Below, in pieces: positions 19,362-29,831 of a stretch of 64,000 nucleotides of DNA (within the stretch, counting starts at the first letter, position 1; every line of letters starts with the position of its first letter). The position numbers and the translations under genes are program-made. The notes under the pieces are model-generated. The model was not told the DNA's origin and made no database searches. It saw nothing but the letters and a program-made list of their open reading frames with translations. The DNA is taken from assembly GCA_963752475.1 (NCBI GenBank), contig CAVVYR010000006.1, forward strand, positions 320,001 through 384,000. Direction: 5' to 3'. This stretch comes from an uncultured Chloroflexia bacterium (GTDB lineage: Bacteria; Chloroflexota; Limnocylindria; Limnocylindrales; CSP1-4).

Positions 19362-20418
19362 GGCGACGGCCCGGTGGTCGAGGCCCTGCTCGACGCCGGG
19401 CTGACCGTCGTCGTCATCAGCCCCAACCAGCTCAAGGGCCTCCGTTCGCGCTACGGCTCGGCCGGCAACAAGGACGACCGCTTCGACGCCTTCGTGCTCG
19501 CCGACACCCTGCGCACCGACCGGGCCCGGCTTCGCCCGCTGACCCAGGACACCGAGGCCACGCGGACCCTGCGCGCCACCGTGCGGGCCCGTCGCGACCT
19601 GGTCAGGCACCGCGTCGCGGTGTGCAACCAGCTTCGCGCCCACCTGCAGGCCACCTTCCCCGGCGTGGTCGGCCTGTTCGCAGAGCTGGACTCGCCGATC
19701 AGCCTGGCCTTCCTGGCCCGCTTCGACTCCCAGGCACGTGCCGACTGGCTCTCCCCCGGGCGGCTGGCGGCCTGGCTGGCCAGCGTCGGCTACAGCGGCC
19801 GCAAGGACCCCGCCGACCTCCATGCCCGACTGCAGGCCGCACCCCGGGGCCCGGTCGGACCCGACGGTGCCGCCCGGGCCCATGTCACCCGCGCCCTGCT
19901 CAGCGTGCTCGACGGCCTGGTCGAGCAGATCGGGACCCTCGAGGCGCAGATCACCGAGCAGCTCGCCCTTCACGCCGACGCCCACATCTTCCGGTCCCTG
20001 CCCCGCAGCGGCACCGTCCGCGCCGCCCGGCTGCTCGCCGAGATCGGCGACGTCCGCGCCCGCTTCCCCGACGCCGCCTCCCTGGCCTGCCTGGCCGGCG
20101 TCGCGCCCTCGACCAGACAGTCCGGCAAGCACCGAGCCGTCACGTTCCGATGGGCGGTCGACAAGGAGCTCCGCGACGCGGTCTGCGACTTCGCCGGCGA
20201 CTCCCGACGCGCCAACCCCTGGGCCGCGAAGATCTACGACGACGCCATCGCCCGGGGCAAGGACCACCCCCACGCGACCCGCATCCTGGCCCGTGCCTGG
20301 CTCGGCGCGATCTGGCGCTGCTGGCAGGATGACGCCGCCTACGAACCCGCCCGACACCACGCCCTCCAGGCCATGCAGGACACCGCCATGGCGGCCCAGG
20401 GTTGACAAGGGCTACTCA
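19362..20418 (+). mobile_element. 5'-truncated IS110 copy (lacks left end, bridge RNA and the start of the RuvC domain)
   Basis: Near-identical to 33564-34621 (I counted 4 substitutions and a 1-bp deletion by eye); ends in the CTCA core at the oppD stop. Confidence 0.95.
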
Positions 20419-21390
20419 TGCCGGCTCCTCTGGGTCGCGCCGGCGGTCGAGCCGCCAGCAGCGCGCGTGGTGGCCGGTCCCGACCTCGATGTAGGGCGGC
20501 GGTTCGCCACATCGTTCGTAGACCAGCGGACAGCGGGCGGCGAAGCGACAGCCACTGATGGGATCGCGCAGGTCCGGCGGCGCGCCGGGCAGGAAGTCGG
20601 GTGGCTCGGGGTCGTGCAGGCTGGGGATGCTCGCGAGCAGGCGCTGCGTGTAGGGGTCGGCTGGCGCCTCCAGCACGCGCTCGGCGGAGCCCAGCTCGCG
20701 CACCTGCCCGGCGTAGACCACGGCGATCGCGTCGCACAGGTCCGACGCCAGCGCCAGGTCGTGGGTGATGAAGAGCATCGAGATACGCCGCTCGGACTTG
20801 AGCTCCTTGAGCAGGTTCATGATCTGCGCCTGGATGCTCACATCGAGCGCGCTGGTGGGTTCGTCCAGGATGAGCAGCGGCGGATCGTGCGTCAGCGCCG
20901 AGGCGATCATCACGCGCTGCTTCATGCCGCCCGAGAGCTCGTGGGGGTAGCGATCGGCCACGGACACCGGTAGGCCCACGCGCGCGATCAATCCTTCGAC
21001 GCGGGTCCGCACGTCGGCCTTGCCCATGCCGTCCGAGCGCAGCCGCTCACCGACCTGGTCCCCCACGCGGATGACCGGGTTGAGCGAGTGCATCGCGCCC
21101 TGGAAGACCATAGCCATGCGGCTCCAGCGGATGTGCTTGCGGAAGGCCTCGTCATCGAGCTCGGTCAGCTCTTCGCCATCGAGCCGCACCGAGCCGCCGA
21201 CGAGCGTGCCGTTGCGCGGCAGCAGGCGCATGAGCGCGGTGGCCATGCTGGTCTTGCCCGAGCCCGATTCGCCGATGATGCCCAGGGCCTCGCCCTCGGC
21301 CAGGTCGAAGGAGATACCGTCCACCGCGCGCAGGGGGCCTCGCTCGGTGGAGTACTCGAGCGCCAGGTCGCGGGCTTCGAGGAGGGCCAC
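20416..21390 (-). CDS. Oligopeptide ABC ATP-binding protein (OppD/DppD-like)
   Basis: GESGSGKT, LSGGMKQR, DEPTSALD; TAGTG overlap with the permease. Confidence 0.92.
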   Translation of the reverse strand: MALLEARDLALEYSTERGPLRAVDGISFDLAEGEALGIIGESGSGKTSMATALMRLLPRNGTLVGGSVRLDGEELTELDDEAFRKHIRWSRMAMVFQGAMHSLNPVIRVGDQVGERLRSDGMGKADVRTRVEGLIARVGLPVSVADRYPHELSGGMKQRVMIASALTHDPPLLILDEPTSALDVSIQAQIMNLLKELKSERRISMLFITHDLALASDLCDAIAVVYAGQVRELGSAERVLEAPADPYTQRLLASIPSLHDPEPPDFLPGAPPDLRDPISGCRFAARCPLVYERCGEPPPYIEVGTGHHARCWRLDRRRDPEEPA

Positions 21391-22811
21391 TAGGAGCGCC
21401 TCAGCTTGGGGTTGACGATGGGCTCCATGGCCAGCGCGAGGAGCATGAAGGTCATGGCCGTGAGCACGATGAGCAAGCCAGGGGAGACGACCCACCACCA
21501 GTAGCCCAGGAAGACGGCGCCGGTGCGGAAGCCATCCTCGAGGATCTGGCCCCAGGTCGGCAGCGACGGATCGCCCAGGCCCAGGAACGAGAGGCCGGCC
21601 TCGGCCAGGATGACCGCGGGCACGAAGAAGATGAGCTGGGTGAAGACGTAGGGTGCCGTGTGCGGGAAGATGTGCTTCACGAGGATGTGCCGCGACGAGG
21701 CGCCCAGCGCCCGTGCCGCCTCCACCTCCTGGCTGCCCGACAGGCCCAGCACCATCGAGCGCACGAGGATCGTCAGCCCCGGCCACGAGAAGGCCACGAG
21801 CAGCACCAGGATGAGCCACAACTGGGCCCCGAAGACGAAGACGAAGAAGATCAGCAGCGGCAACAAGGGCACGTTGTTGACGACGTCCGCGGCGCGTTGG
21901 ATGACGAGGTCGATGCGACCGCCCTTGTAGCCGCTGAGCATGCCGAGCCCCGTGCCGATGACCGTCGAGACCGTGGCCGCGGCGATGCCGATGAGCAGCG
22001 CCACCGGCAGCCCGAAGGCGAGCCCCTGGGCCAGGTCACGCCCGGATCCGTCCGTGCCCAGGAGGCCGAAGACCGTACCGCCCACGACCGTCCGCATCCA
22101 GGCGATGTCATCGTCGGGGGCGGCCAGCGCGACGCGCACCTGGGTCACGTACTCGCCGTTGAGCGGCTCGGGCTCCCCCTCCGGGCCTGGCACCCCGAAG
22201 AGCCAGGCCGCGGTGTCGTTCTGGATCATCGAGGCCGGTACGGTCTCGCCGTACGTCTCGGCCAGCATCTCGGAGATGGCCTGGGCCGTCTCTGGCTCAG
22301 CGGTCAGCAGCACCCGCAGCGGCGTCTCGTCGTGGCGCACGAAGGGCGGCTCTTCGCCGGCCCTGGGGCCGCGGATGGTCGTGCGCAACAGCGACACGGA
22401 CGACCCATCGGGCCGCAGCAGCGTCACGCTCAGCGACGGCGGCCGCTCCTCGAAGGCGACGTCGCCCAGGCTGAAGGAGAGGAAGCTCGGCGCTTCGGAC
22501 GCGGTGTGCTCGTAGACCAGGTCGTGGATCTCGACCCGTGCATCGCCACGCTCGGTGGTCTCTGTGGCCTGGCCCGACTCGAGGATCGTGTGCTCGACCG
22601 CGTCACCGCTCAGCGTCGCGGTCCAGGCCGGTGGCACGGCCTTGGGATGGTCGGCCCACACCGCGGGGTTGGACCATCGCGTGGGCCCGAAGTCGAGCGG
22701 GAACGTGGCCAACACGAAGAGCGAGCTCAGGCCCAGGAGCAGGGCCAGGGCGACGCCGATCTTGCCGGCCGTGCTGTCGAGGACCTGCCGCAACAGGCTG
22801 CGCCGCCTCAC
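21390..22811 (-). CDS. Peptide ABC permease (OppC/DppC-like) with large extracytoplasmic insert
   Basis: LGTDGSGRD, EAARALGAS, EAGLSFLGLG. Confidence 0.9.
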   Translation of the reverse strand: MRRRSLLRQVLDSTAGKIGVALALLLGLSSLFVLATFPLDFGPTRWSNPAVWADHPKAVPPAWTATLSGDAVEHTILESGQATETTERGDARVEIHDLVYEHTASEAPSFLSFSLGDVAFEERPPSLSVTLLRPDGSSVSLLRTTIRGPRAGEEPPFVRHDETPLRVLLTAEPETAQAISEMLAETYGETVPASMIQNDTAAWLFGVPGPEGEPEPLNGEYVTQVRVALAAPDDDIAWMRTVVGGTVFGLLGTDGSGRDLAQGLAFGLPVALLIGIAAATVSTVIGTGLGMLSGYKGGRIDLVIQRAADVVNNVPLLPLLIFFVFVFGAQLWLILVLLVAFSWPGLTILVRSMVLGLSGSQEVEAARALGASSRHILVKHIFPHTAPYVFTQLIFFVPAVILAEAGLSFLGLGDPSLPTWGQILEDGFRTGAVFLGYWWWVVSPGLLIVLTAMTFMLLALAMEPIVNPKLRRS

Positions 22812-23866
22812 TGGTAGCGCACCCGGGGGTCGAGGAAGACGTAGAGGATCTCGAGCAGCAGCCGCGCGCCCACGTAGATGAGCGTGAACATGAAGGTCAG
22901 GCCGATGATGATCGACTCATCGGGCTGACCCGAGAACGTCTTGAAGTAGAGCTGGCCCATGCCCTCCCAGGCGAAGACGGTCTCGATGAGGATGGAGCCG
23001 CCGAGCGTGGCCGCCAGGCCCAGGATGAGCCCGGTGACGATGGGCGGCGCGGCCACGCGCAGGATGTGCCGGCGTCGGATGAGGCCCTCGGGCAGGCCCT
23101 TGGCGCGCGCGACCGTGACGTGGTCCTGTAGCGCGACGTTGAGCGTCATGGTGCGGATGACGTAGATCGAGGGCCCGATGCTCACCAGCACCAGCGTCAG
23201 GATGGGCAGCAGCGCGTGCCAGGCGAGGTCCAGGAAGGACGCCACCGCGCCCTCTGGCGGCGGTGTGGAGTACATCCCGCCCGAGGGCAGGATGCGTAAC
23301 CAGAAGCTGAAGATGAGGATGAGCAGGATGCCTGCCCACCAAGCCGGCAGGCCGTTGGTGATGGCCGCCACGTAGCTCACGATGCGATCGGCGCGTGAGC
23401 CTGGCCGGGTCGAGAGCCAGACCCCCACGGTCAGGCCGATGACCGCGTTGATGGCCAGCGCCGTCGTGAGCAGCATGATCGTCCGCGGCAGCCGCTCGAG
23501 GATGATGTCGGCCACGCCGTTGCTGCCATCCGCGGCCCTGATCGAGCGCGCCTCCCCGAGGTCGAATACGAGCACCTGCGCCACCACCGCCGGCAGTCGC
23601 TGGAACCACGGCTGGTCCAGCCCGTACGACTGCTCCAGCTCCGTGCGGCGGGTGGCGATGATCTCTTCCACCGCGTCCGGGTCCGTGACCGTCTCCGACA
23701 GGCCCGTGCGCATGATGCGCAGCTCCTCGCCGACCTGGGCCTCGAGGATGCGGTCGCTGTAGCCGGTGGCGCCGAGCGTCAGCACCAGCAGCACGAGCAC
23801 GATGATCAGCACCGCGCCGAGGCTGGCAGCGCGGACGAGGATGGGGCGCAGCGGCGATGGGCTCAC
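22808..23866 (-). CDS. Peptide ABC permease (OppB/DppB-like)
   Basis: YGLDQP, ARAKGL, ETVFAWEGMG. Confidence 0.9.
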   Translation of the reverse strand: MSPSPLRPILVRAASLGAVLIIVLVLLVLTLGATGYSDRILEAQVGEELRIMRTGLSETVTDPDAVEEIIATRRTELEQSYGLDQPWFQRLPAVVAQVLVFDLGEARSIRAADGSNGVADIILERLPRTIMLLTTALAINAVIGLTVGVWLSTRPGSRADRIVSYVAAITNGLPAWWAGILLILIFSFWLRILPSGGMYSTPPPEGAVASFLDLAWHALLPILTLVLVSIGPSIYVIRTMTLNVALQDHVTVARAKGLPEGLIRRRHILRVAAPPIVTGLILGLAATLGGSILIETVFAWEGMGQLYFKTFSGQPDESIIIGLTFMFTLIYVGARLLLEILYVFLDPRVRYQ

Positions 23867-23914
23867 AGGCGGAGTCAGCCCTCCTCGCGTACGGCTACGT
23901 GGACGCTCCCAAGG

Positions 23915-26326
23915 TTAGGGGAGCACCTCGAGGTCGACGCGGCGTTCGGTGATGCGGGCCAGCGAATCGCTGTCGGCCGCGATGAAGAGCTCGTAGAAGC
24001 CGGGGAAGAGCATGCCCGTCACGTCGGCCGGGACCGTCACGGTGAAGTTGCCGTCACCGTCGTCGACGGCGCGTCCGGAGACGACGACCTCCGTCGTAGC
24101 AGGGTCCAGCAGCAGGTACTGCAGGCCCAGCGTGCCGGGGCCGCTGACGGTCGCGCTGATGACCGCGTCCTCGCCGGGCACGATGAGATCGGTCCCGATG
24201 TCCTCGATCTCGAGCAGCGGCGGGTCGCCACGGTAGTGGTCGCCGGGGCTGAAGGGGTAGGACTCGTCACGGAAGGCGATGAGCTCGGCGAACTGCGCCG
24301 GCGGGTCGAACTGGGCCAGGTAGAACGGGCCCTGGCTGATGACCAGGTGATCGGTCTCGTCGTACCAGTCCTGGGCCGCCTCGTAGCGCGCCACTGCCTC
24401 CTCCGGCGTGACCAGCACCTGGCCGCCGAAGTCGAAGACGCCCTCGGGGACGAACTCGTCGCGCTCGAGGCTGCGCAGCGTCCGATCCACGAGCCCGGCA
24501 TCACGCTCGAGCACGAGCGAGAGCCAGGGCACGCTGAAGCGGCTGGCCGCGGTGTCGCTGTAGGCGCCACGTCGCTGCTCGAAGACGAGATCGTCCATGG
24601 CCGCCTTGAGCTCCCAGGGCATATCGAAGCTCGTGGGGCTGGCGTAGGCGCCGATGTGGTCGTCATCGAAGTGCCAGTAGTCGACGTAGACCTCGAGCTC
24701 GCCGTCATCGGTCAGGCGATAGCCCTTGAAGGTCTCGAGGATCGGTCGCGAGGTGACCGCGATGGCTGTCTCGATGCGCACCTTCTCAGGGTCGTAGGCC
24801 AGTTCGTTGCCCTGCGCGATGGAGTAGACCGCATCGGCGATGGTGATGCGCTGGCCGTGGTGCCAGTTCGCGTCGGTGTAGCCGGAGTAGTCGAAGGTGA
24901 CCTTGCTCACGGCCGTCGTGCCCGCTGGCACGGGTGTCCAGGTCTTGGACTCCACGTCCCACAAGAGTGCGTCGGCAGGCACCTCGAGCGTGCCGTCTGG
25001 ACCGGCTGTCTCGACGGCGTAGTCCGCGCGGAAGGGCTGAGGGATGCCGGTGAAGGCATCGTTCCAGATGGCTGGGTCGGACAGGTTGCGCCAGAGGTCG
25101 ACGGCGTAGACGTCGCCCAGGCCGCCGATGGGGTTGTAGGTCGTGCGCTCGGTCCAGACCCACTGGTGGCCCACGCGGACGTCGTCCGAACCGGGCACGT
25201 AGGCCTCGCGCAGGGCCCACGGGTTGCGCGGGCCGGCCACGAGGTCGCGGGTCATGCCGTCGAGGGCCTCGACCGCGGGGAAGCTGTTGTCGACGGTGGC
25301 GAGCCAGATGCGGATGGACTCATCGAGTCCGGCCGCAGTCATCTGGCGGTAGATCTCGTTGCGCTGCTCGAGGCTGTCGAACTCACCGCGGTAGAGCGTC
25401 TGGCCGAGTTCGTCGAGCTCGTCGTTCTGGTACTGCCAGTAGCCCTCTTCGAGCCAGCCGGGCATCTGGCCCAGCCAGGGGGCGATGTAGGCGTTGACGG
25501 AGCCCACGTCATAGCGGCGCGGCGCACTGCGGCCCCAGCCCTCGGTGTAGATGTGCCACTCGAACTGGGCCGGATCGCTGGAGTAGACCTTCTGGAGTGC
25601 GGGCGCGAACTGGTCGTAGGTGATGGCCACCACAAAGCCGGCCTGCTCCAGTTCGGAGCGGACGAGGTCCGCGATGTCCCGGCGCTCGTCTTCGACGCGG
25701 CCGATGAGCTTGATGCGCACCGGCTGCCCCTCGAAGTGCCAGATGCCGTCGACGAGCTCGGCGCCGGCCGCGGTCATCTCCTCGGCGATGACCTCACGCG
25801 CGAGCTCCGGCTCATACGTGATGCCCGAGCCGCGGTCGATGTCGTAGATGGTCAGGAAGTCGGGGTCCGAGGGGCCGACGTGCGTGAGCTGCGGCTCCCC
25901 CGCGCCCTGGTAGATGTCCTGGGCGATGGCGTCGCGGTTGACGAGGTACTGCATCGCCTGGCGGATCGCCTTGATGGAGAACGGGTTGAGTTCACCCTCT
26001 CGCGCGGGCGCAGGATTGAGGATGAGCGAGACCTGTGTGGCGGGAGCATCGATGAGCTCCACGCCCTCGGTGCCGCGCAGGTCCTGCGCCGCTTCGGTCT
26101 TGAGGCCGAAGAGGTAGAGATCCATGTTCCCGGCTTCGATGTCGAGCGGCGCCCGATCGACGAAGAACGAGTTGTAGAGCAGGCGCTCGGCGGCGGGTCC
26201 AGGTCGATCGTGCGGCGGCTCGTAGGCCTCGTCCTGGGCCAGTGTGGCGGCCGGCAGGAGCGAGCCCACCAGCGTCAGCGCGAGTGCGAACGACCCGGCC
26301 GTCCACACGCGTGTGCGTCCGGTCAT
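23915..26326 (-). CDS. Large family-5 ABC substrate-binding protein (803 aa)
   Basis: Signal peptide; NPFS..IRQAM, WHHG..IT..D and GPFYL motifs; in operon with opp permeases. Confidence 0.88.
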   Translation of the reverse strand: MTGRTRVWTAGSFALALTLVGSLLPAATLAQDEAYEPPHDRPGPAAERLLYNSFFVDRAPLDIEAGNMDLYLFGLKTEAAQDLRGTEGVELIDAPATQVSLILNPAPAREGELNPFSIKAIRQAMQYLVNRDAIAQDIYQGAGEPQLTHVGPSDPDFLTIYDIDRGSGITYEPELAREVIAEEMTAAGAELVDGIWHFEGQPVRIKLIGRVEDERRDIADLVRSELEQAGFVVAITYDQFAPALQKVYSSDPAQFEWHIYTEGWGRSAPRRYDVGSVNAYIAPWLGQMPGWLEEGYWQYQNDELDELGQTLYRGEFDSLEQRNEIYRQMTAAGLDESIRIWLATVDNSFPAVEALDGMTRDLVAGPRNPWALREAYVPGSDDVRVGHQWVWTERTTYNPIGGLGDVYAVDLWRNLSDPAIWNDAFTGIPQPFRADYAVETAGPDGTLEVPADALLWDVESKTWTPVPAGTTAVSKVTFDYSGYTDANWHHGQRITIADAVYSIAQGNELAYDPEKVRIETAIAVTSRPILETFKGYRLTDDGELEVYVDYWHFDDDHIGAYASPTSFDMPWELKAAMDDLVFEQRRGAYSDTAASRFSVPWLSLVLERDAGLVDRTLRSLERDEFVPEGVFDFGGQVLVTPEEAVARYEAAQDWYDETDHLVISQGPFYLAQFDPPAQFAELIAFRDESYPFSPGDHYRGDPPLLEIEDIGTDLIVPGEDAVISATVSGPGTLGLQYLLLDPATTEVVVSGRAVDDGDGNFTVTVPADVTGMLFPGFYELFIAADSDSLARITERRVDLEVLP

Positions 26327-26329
26327 GGC

Positions 26330-28528
26330 CTACTCCTCGTCGCTCTCGTCGGCCGGGGCGTCCTCGCTACCGGGCACGGTCTCGGCGGCGATGAGCAGCT
26401 CCTGCAAGGACTCGATCTGCTCGGCGATGTTGCCGAAGCCGAACTCGGTGAAGAACGAGGTGGCCGCGAAGTTGCCCGACTCGTCGAAGACGGTGATGGA
26501 TTGGCTGCCTTCGCTCGTGATGGGCATGTAGATCGTCGCCGTGAAGCCGCCGTCCATGTTGGTGCGCAGCGTCGAGATGGTGCTGTCACCCAGCTGGACG
26601 AAGACATCCAGGTCGGGCTGGAAGTCGAAGCCCTGCAGGGTCACCTGCTGGCCGCCCGGTCCCGATGGCGGGTTGATGAAGATCTCCGGTGAGTCGACAG
26701 CCTCGGTACGAGCCACGGCGATCTTCTGGTTGATGGGGCCGAACTCACCGAGGCGGGCATCGGGCCAGGCCATGTGCACGTCGTCCTCGGTGGCGGTGAG
26801 GCTGAAGTAGTCGCCGATGAAGCGGCCGCCCGGGAAGGCGAAGTTGGCGTTGCTGCCGAAGTCGGTAACGCGTGTGTCGCCCACCGACAGCCCCAGCTCC
26901 TCGTTGGTGAAACCGAAGGTCTCGCCCTGGTCGTCCGAGCGGGTGTAGTAGATGTGATAGCGGATCTGGGCGGGGTCGTCGCGCATATCGCCCCACATCG
27001 CGTGCACCGCGCCGTCCTCGGCGACATCGATCGACGGGAACATCTGCACGTGGTCGGTGTCGTCGTCATTGAGCACCTGTGGGCGGTCCCAGGTCTGGCC
27101 GCCGTCGAGCGACTTGGTCAGGAACACGTCGCCATCGTCGTTGGGCTTGTCCGAGGGCCGGCCTACGTAGCTGATGTAGACCTCGCCGTCGGGGCCGGAG
27201 GCGATCTGCGGGAAGGACGAGGCCCAGAAGCGGAAGCTGGCGGTGCGCGGACGGAACTCGGTCTCGTTGAAGACCGAGGCCACGACCGGGTCCGTCCAGG
27301 TGTCTCCGGCGTCCGTGCTGGTGGCCACCTGGATCTCGCCGATGCCCTCCTGGGAGTCATCGTCGGTGCTGTCCATCCAGGCCACGTGCACGGTGCCGTC
27401 CGCGGTCACCTCCGGCTGGCTGCCCTGCACCACGCGCAGGGTGCCGAAGACGCTCGAGGTGCCGGTGTCGTCACCACGCTCGCCGTAGGAGCGGCGCACG
27501 ACCGGGCTCACGGCCACGGGGTCGGTCCAGGTCAGGCCACCGTCCTCGGACTTGACCAGCTCGATGCTGGTGCGCATCTCGGTCGGCAGCAGGTTGGGGA
27601 TCTCGCCGATGTAGAGGATCTCGTAGCTCAGGTCGAAGTTCGTGTAGGTCACGTAGATGACGTCGGTCTCGGGCTCATCGGGATGCGGGCCCACGGCCAT
27701 CCAGGGCTTGTCCAGGAAGCTGATGTCGACGATGCCGCGGAGGCGGCCGAAGCGGTCGGTCTCGAGGCCGTCGGTGTCGACCGTGCTGCGCGCGGACGAG
27801 ATCTGTGTGGGCCAGGTGAAGCCGTCGTCTTCCGACTTGGCTACGGCGATGCTCGAGACCTGCGCCGCGACCTCGATGGGACCCAGGTTGAACTCGTCGA
27901 TGCCGATGGAGATGTAGTTCATGTAGACGTTGCCGTCGCGATCGAAGGCGATGACCGGGTCACCACCGGCGCCGAGATCCTTGAGCAGGTAGGGCACCTG
28001 GTTGGGGCCCTCCCAGCGCTCGCCACCGTCGAAGCTGACATACGCCGACATCGAAGGGAAGGCGTAGTCGATGACGCCGAGCACGAGGTGCTCGGGATCT
28101 TCGGGGTTGGCCTCGATGTGCGGCTCGGTCTGGAATGGGGCCTGACCGAAGTCGCGGGTCACGAGGATGTTGCGGGAGAAGGCGGGGCCGGGATCGCGGA
28201 ACGGCACCGGCGCACCAGCACCGGCGGCCTGCGTCCGGTCGGAGGAGGCATCGACGCCGAGGCCCGGGCCCAACAGCTGTTCGGTGTCGGCCACCGCCGC
28301 TGCGCTGGGATCACCGCCGCCCGCGGCCATCAGCCAGGCCTGGCCCGAGAGCACGCCGCTGGCCGGACCGAGCAGGTCCATGGGCTCGGCGCCGATGAGC
28401 GGGATGACGTTGGACGGATCATGGCCCAGCGGGTTCTCCTCCTCGGCCGCGGCCGGTACCGAGATGCTGAGGGACAGGGCCAGTGAGGCGCCGAGCGCGA
28501 GGCGCCACGACGTGCGACGAGCGGTCAT
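26330..28528 (-). CDS. Secreted Asp-box (BNR) beta-propeller, sialidase-like fold
   Basis: Six S-x-D-x-G-x-x-W/F boxes; FIGDYF motif; signal peptide. Confidence 0.85.
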   Translation of the reverse strand: MTARRTSWRLALGASLALSLSISVPAAAEEENPLGHDPSNVIPLIGAEPMDLLGPASGVLSGQAWLMAAGGGDPSAAAVADTEQLLGPGLGVDASSDRTQAAGAGAPVPFRDPGPAFSRNILVTRDFGQAPFQTEPHIEANPEDPEHLVLGVIDYAFPSMSAYVSFDGGERWEGPNQVPYLLKDLGAGGDPVIAFDRDGNVYMNYISIGIDEFNLGPIEVAAQVSSIAVAKSEDDGFTWPTQISSARSTVDTDGLETDRFGRLRGIVDISFLDKPWMAVGPHPDEPETDVIYVTYTNFDLSYEILYIGEIPNLLPTEMRTSIELVKSEDGGLTWTDPVAVSPVVRRSYGERGDDTGTSSVFGTLRVVQGSQPEVTADGTVHVAWMDSTDDDSQEGIGEIQVATSTDAGDTWTDPVVASVFNETEFRPRTASFRFWASSFPQIASGPDGEVYISYVGRPSDKPNDDGDVFLTKSLDGGQTWDRPQVLNDDDTDHVQMFPSIDVAEDGAVHAMWGDMRDDPAQIRYHIYYTRSDDQGETFGFTNEELGLSVGDTRVTDFGSNANFAFPGGRFIGDYFSLTATEDDVHMAWPDARLGEFGPINQKIAVARTEAVDSPEIFINPPSGPGGQQVTLQGFDFQPDLDVFVQLGDSTISTLRTNMDGGFTATIYMPITSEGSQSITVFDESGNFAATSFFTEFGFGNIAEQIESLQELLIAAETVPGSEDAPADESDEE

Positions 28529-28564
28529 CGTTCTCCTTGTCGAGTCGGGGATCGGTGGTCCGGC

Positions 28565-29215
28565 CTAGCGGACGCGGTCGAGGATGGTGAGCAGGCTGTC
28601 GAGGCGGTTGGCCACGGTCATGAGGGCTTCCGATCGGAGCTCCTCGAACGAGGAGTCGAAGGCGTTGGCGCCGGATTCGACGTAGGCCGCAGTGAAGTCG
28701 GCGCTCGAGTCGAACTCGCCGAAGCGCCAGTCGAGGAAGGCTGGCGCCGCCTCGTCCACGCGGTCCACCAGCTGGCCCAGACGCTGCGGGTCCGATGAGA
28801 GGGCCAGGGTGCGGATGCGCGCGAGCTGGCCCTCGGCCTCCGAGCGTGTCTCGGGCATCTGCTTGCGCAGCTCGAAGAGCAGCTGGCGATCGGACTCGAT
28901 GGGGTCGTAGAGGTCGCCGAAGCGTTCGATGGAAGAGACCAGTCGGTCACGGTCGGCCGAGAGCGCATCGATCGAGGCCTGAAGGTCGGCATTGCTCGCG
29001 CTCAGCTGGTCGTTGGCCAGGCTGAGATCCTCGACGAGCGTGCGCAGTTCGTCGACGCTCGTGGTCGCGGCGACGTCGGTCATCGCATCGGAGTCGACCT
29101 CTGCGATCCCGGTGTCCATGGCCGTCACGCCAGCGGGGACCAGCATGAGGCCGCTCAGTAGCGTGGCGGCGACGAGTCCGCGTAGGCGGCGGTGGGGGAG
29201 CTGCTGCATCAGCAT
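28565..29215 (-). CDS. Secreted coiled-coil hypothetical protein
   Basis: Signal peptide, heptad-like acidic region; first gene of the ABC operon. Confidence 0.7.
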   Translation of the reverse strand: MLMQQLPHRRLRGLVAATLLSGLMLVPAGVTAMDTGIAEVDSDAMTDVAATTSVDELRTLVEDLSLANDQLSASNADLQASIDALSADRDRLVSSIERFGDLYDPIESDRQLLFELRKQMPETRSEAEGQLARIRTLALSSDPQRLGQLVDRVDEAAPAFLDWRFGEFDSSADFTAAYVESGANAFDSSFEELRSEALMTVANRLDSLLTILDRVR

Positions 29216-29393
29216 CGGTCGAGGCACCTCTCCGGAATGCGGGTCCGGGGCTGGGCATTCCCGGTCTAGGGGGCCATCACATAGCGCAACGGTCCGATTT
29301 CGGGCGAGCCTACACCCATGGGGCGGAAAGCGCTGTCAGCTTGGTCGCGGTCGGATGACGATCACGCCTCATGCGGTCCGTTGGGGTGGAAGG

Positions 29394-29783
29394 TCAATCG
29401 TGGAAGCCCGGTCGCAGCACCAGGACGAGGAAGCCGAAGGCGGCCGAGATGATGGCCGAGTCGAAGGCGGCAGGGTCGTCGAGGCCGAGCGTGAGCGCAT
29501 CCGAGTAGGTCAACGCGGCCAGGATGAAGATGGCCAGCGTGAGGGCGGCCCACAGCGTGATGGCGATGTCGAAGCGTCGACGCAGGAGCATCAGTGCGCC
29601 GCTCGTGAGCAGCACCGCGGGGAAGATCCAGCCGGTCGGGAAGAGCGCGGCATCGATGCCGATGAAGAGCCAGGCAACACCCACGAGCAGGCCGAGCGCG
29701 AGGTAGACGACCCCGGCGCCACGCACGACCGCGGCCCACGACGAGGACGGCGGGCGAGGGGGTGGAGCGCTCAGTTCGGACAT
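29394..29783 (-). CDS. Small four-TM membrane protein
   Basis: Four hydrophobic segments, coding-like codon usage. Confidence 0.65.
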   Translation of the reverse strand: MSELSAPPPRPPSSSWAAVVRGAGVVYLALGLLVGVAWLFIGIDAALFPTGWIFPAVLLTSGALMLLRRRFDIAITLWAALTLAIFILAALTYSDALTLGLDDPAAFDSAIISAAFGFLVLVLRPGFHD

Positions 29784-29831
29784 CGGGCCTATCCTATCGG
29801 CCCTCACGTCGTCGCTTCCGAGGTCTGATCA

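Noticed and set aside
24236-28486. Long plus-strand ORFs (818 aa, 570 aa) and similar shadow ORFs elsewhere
   Set aside because: Antisense frames of real GC-rich genes, with no motifs or meaningful boundaries.
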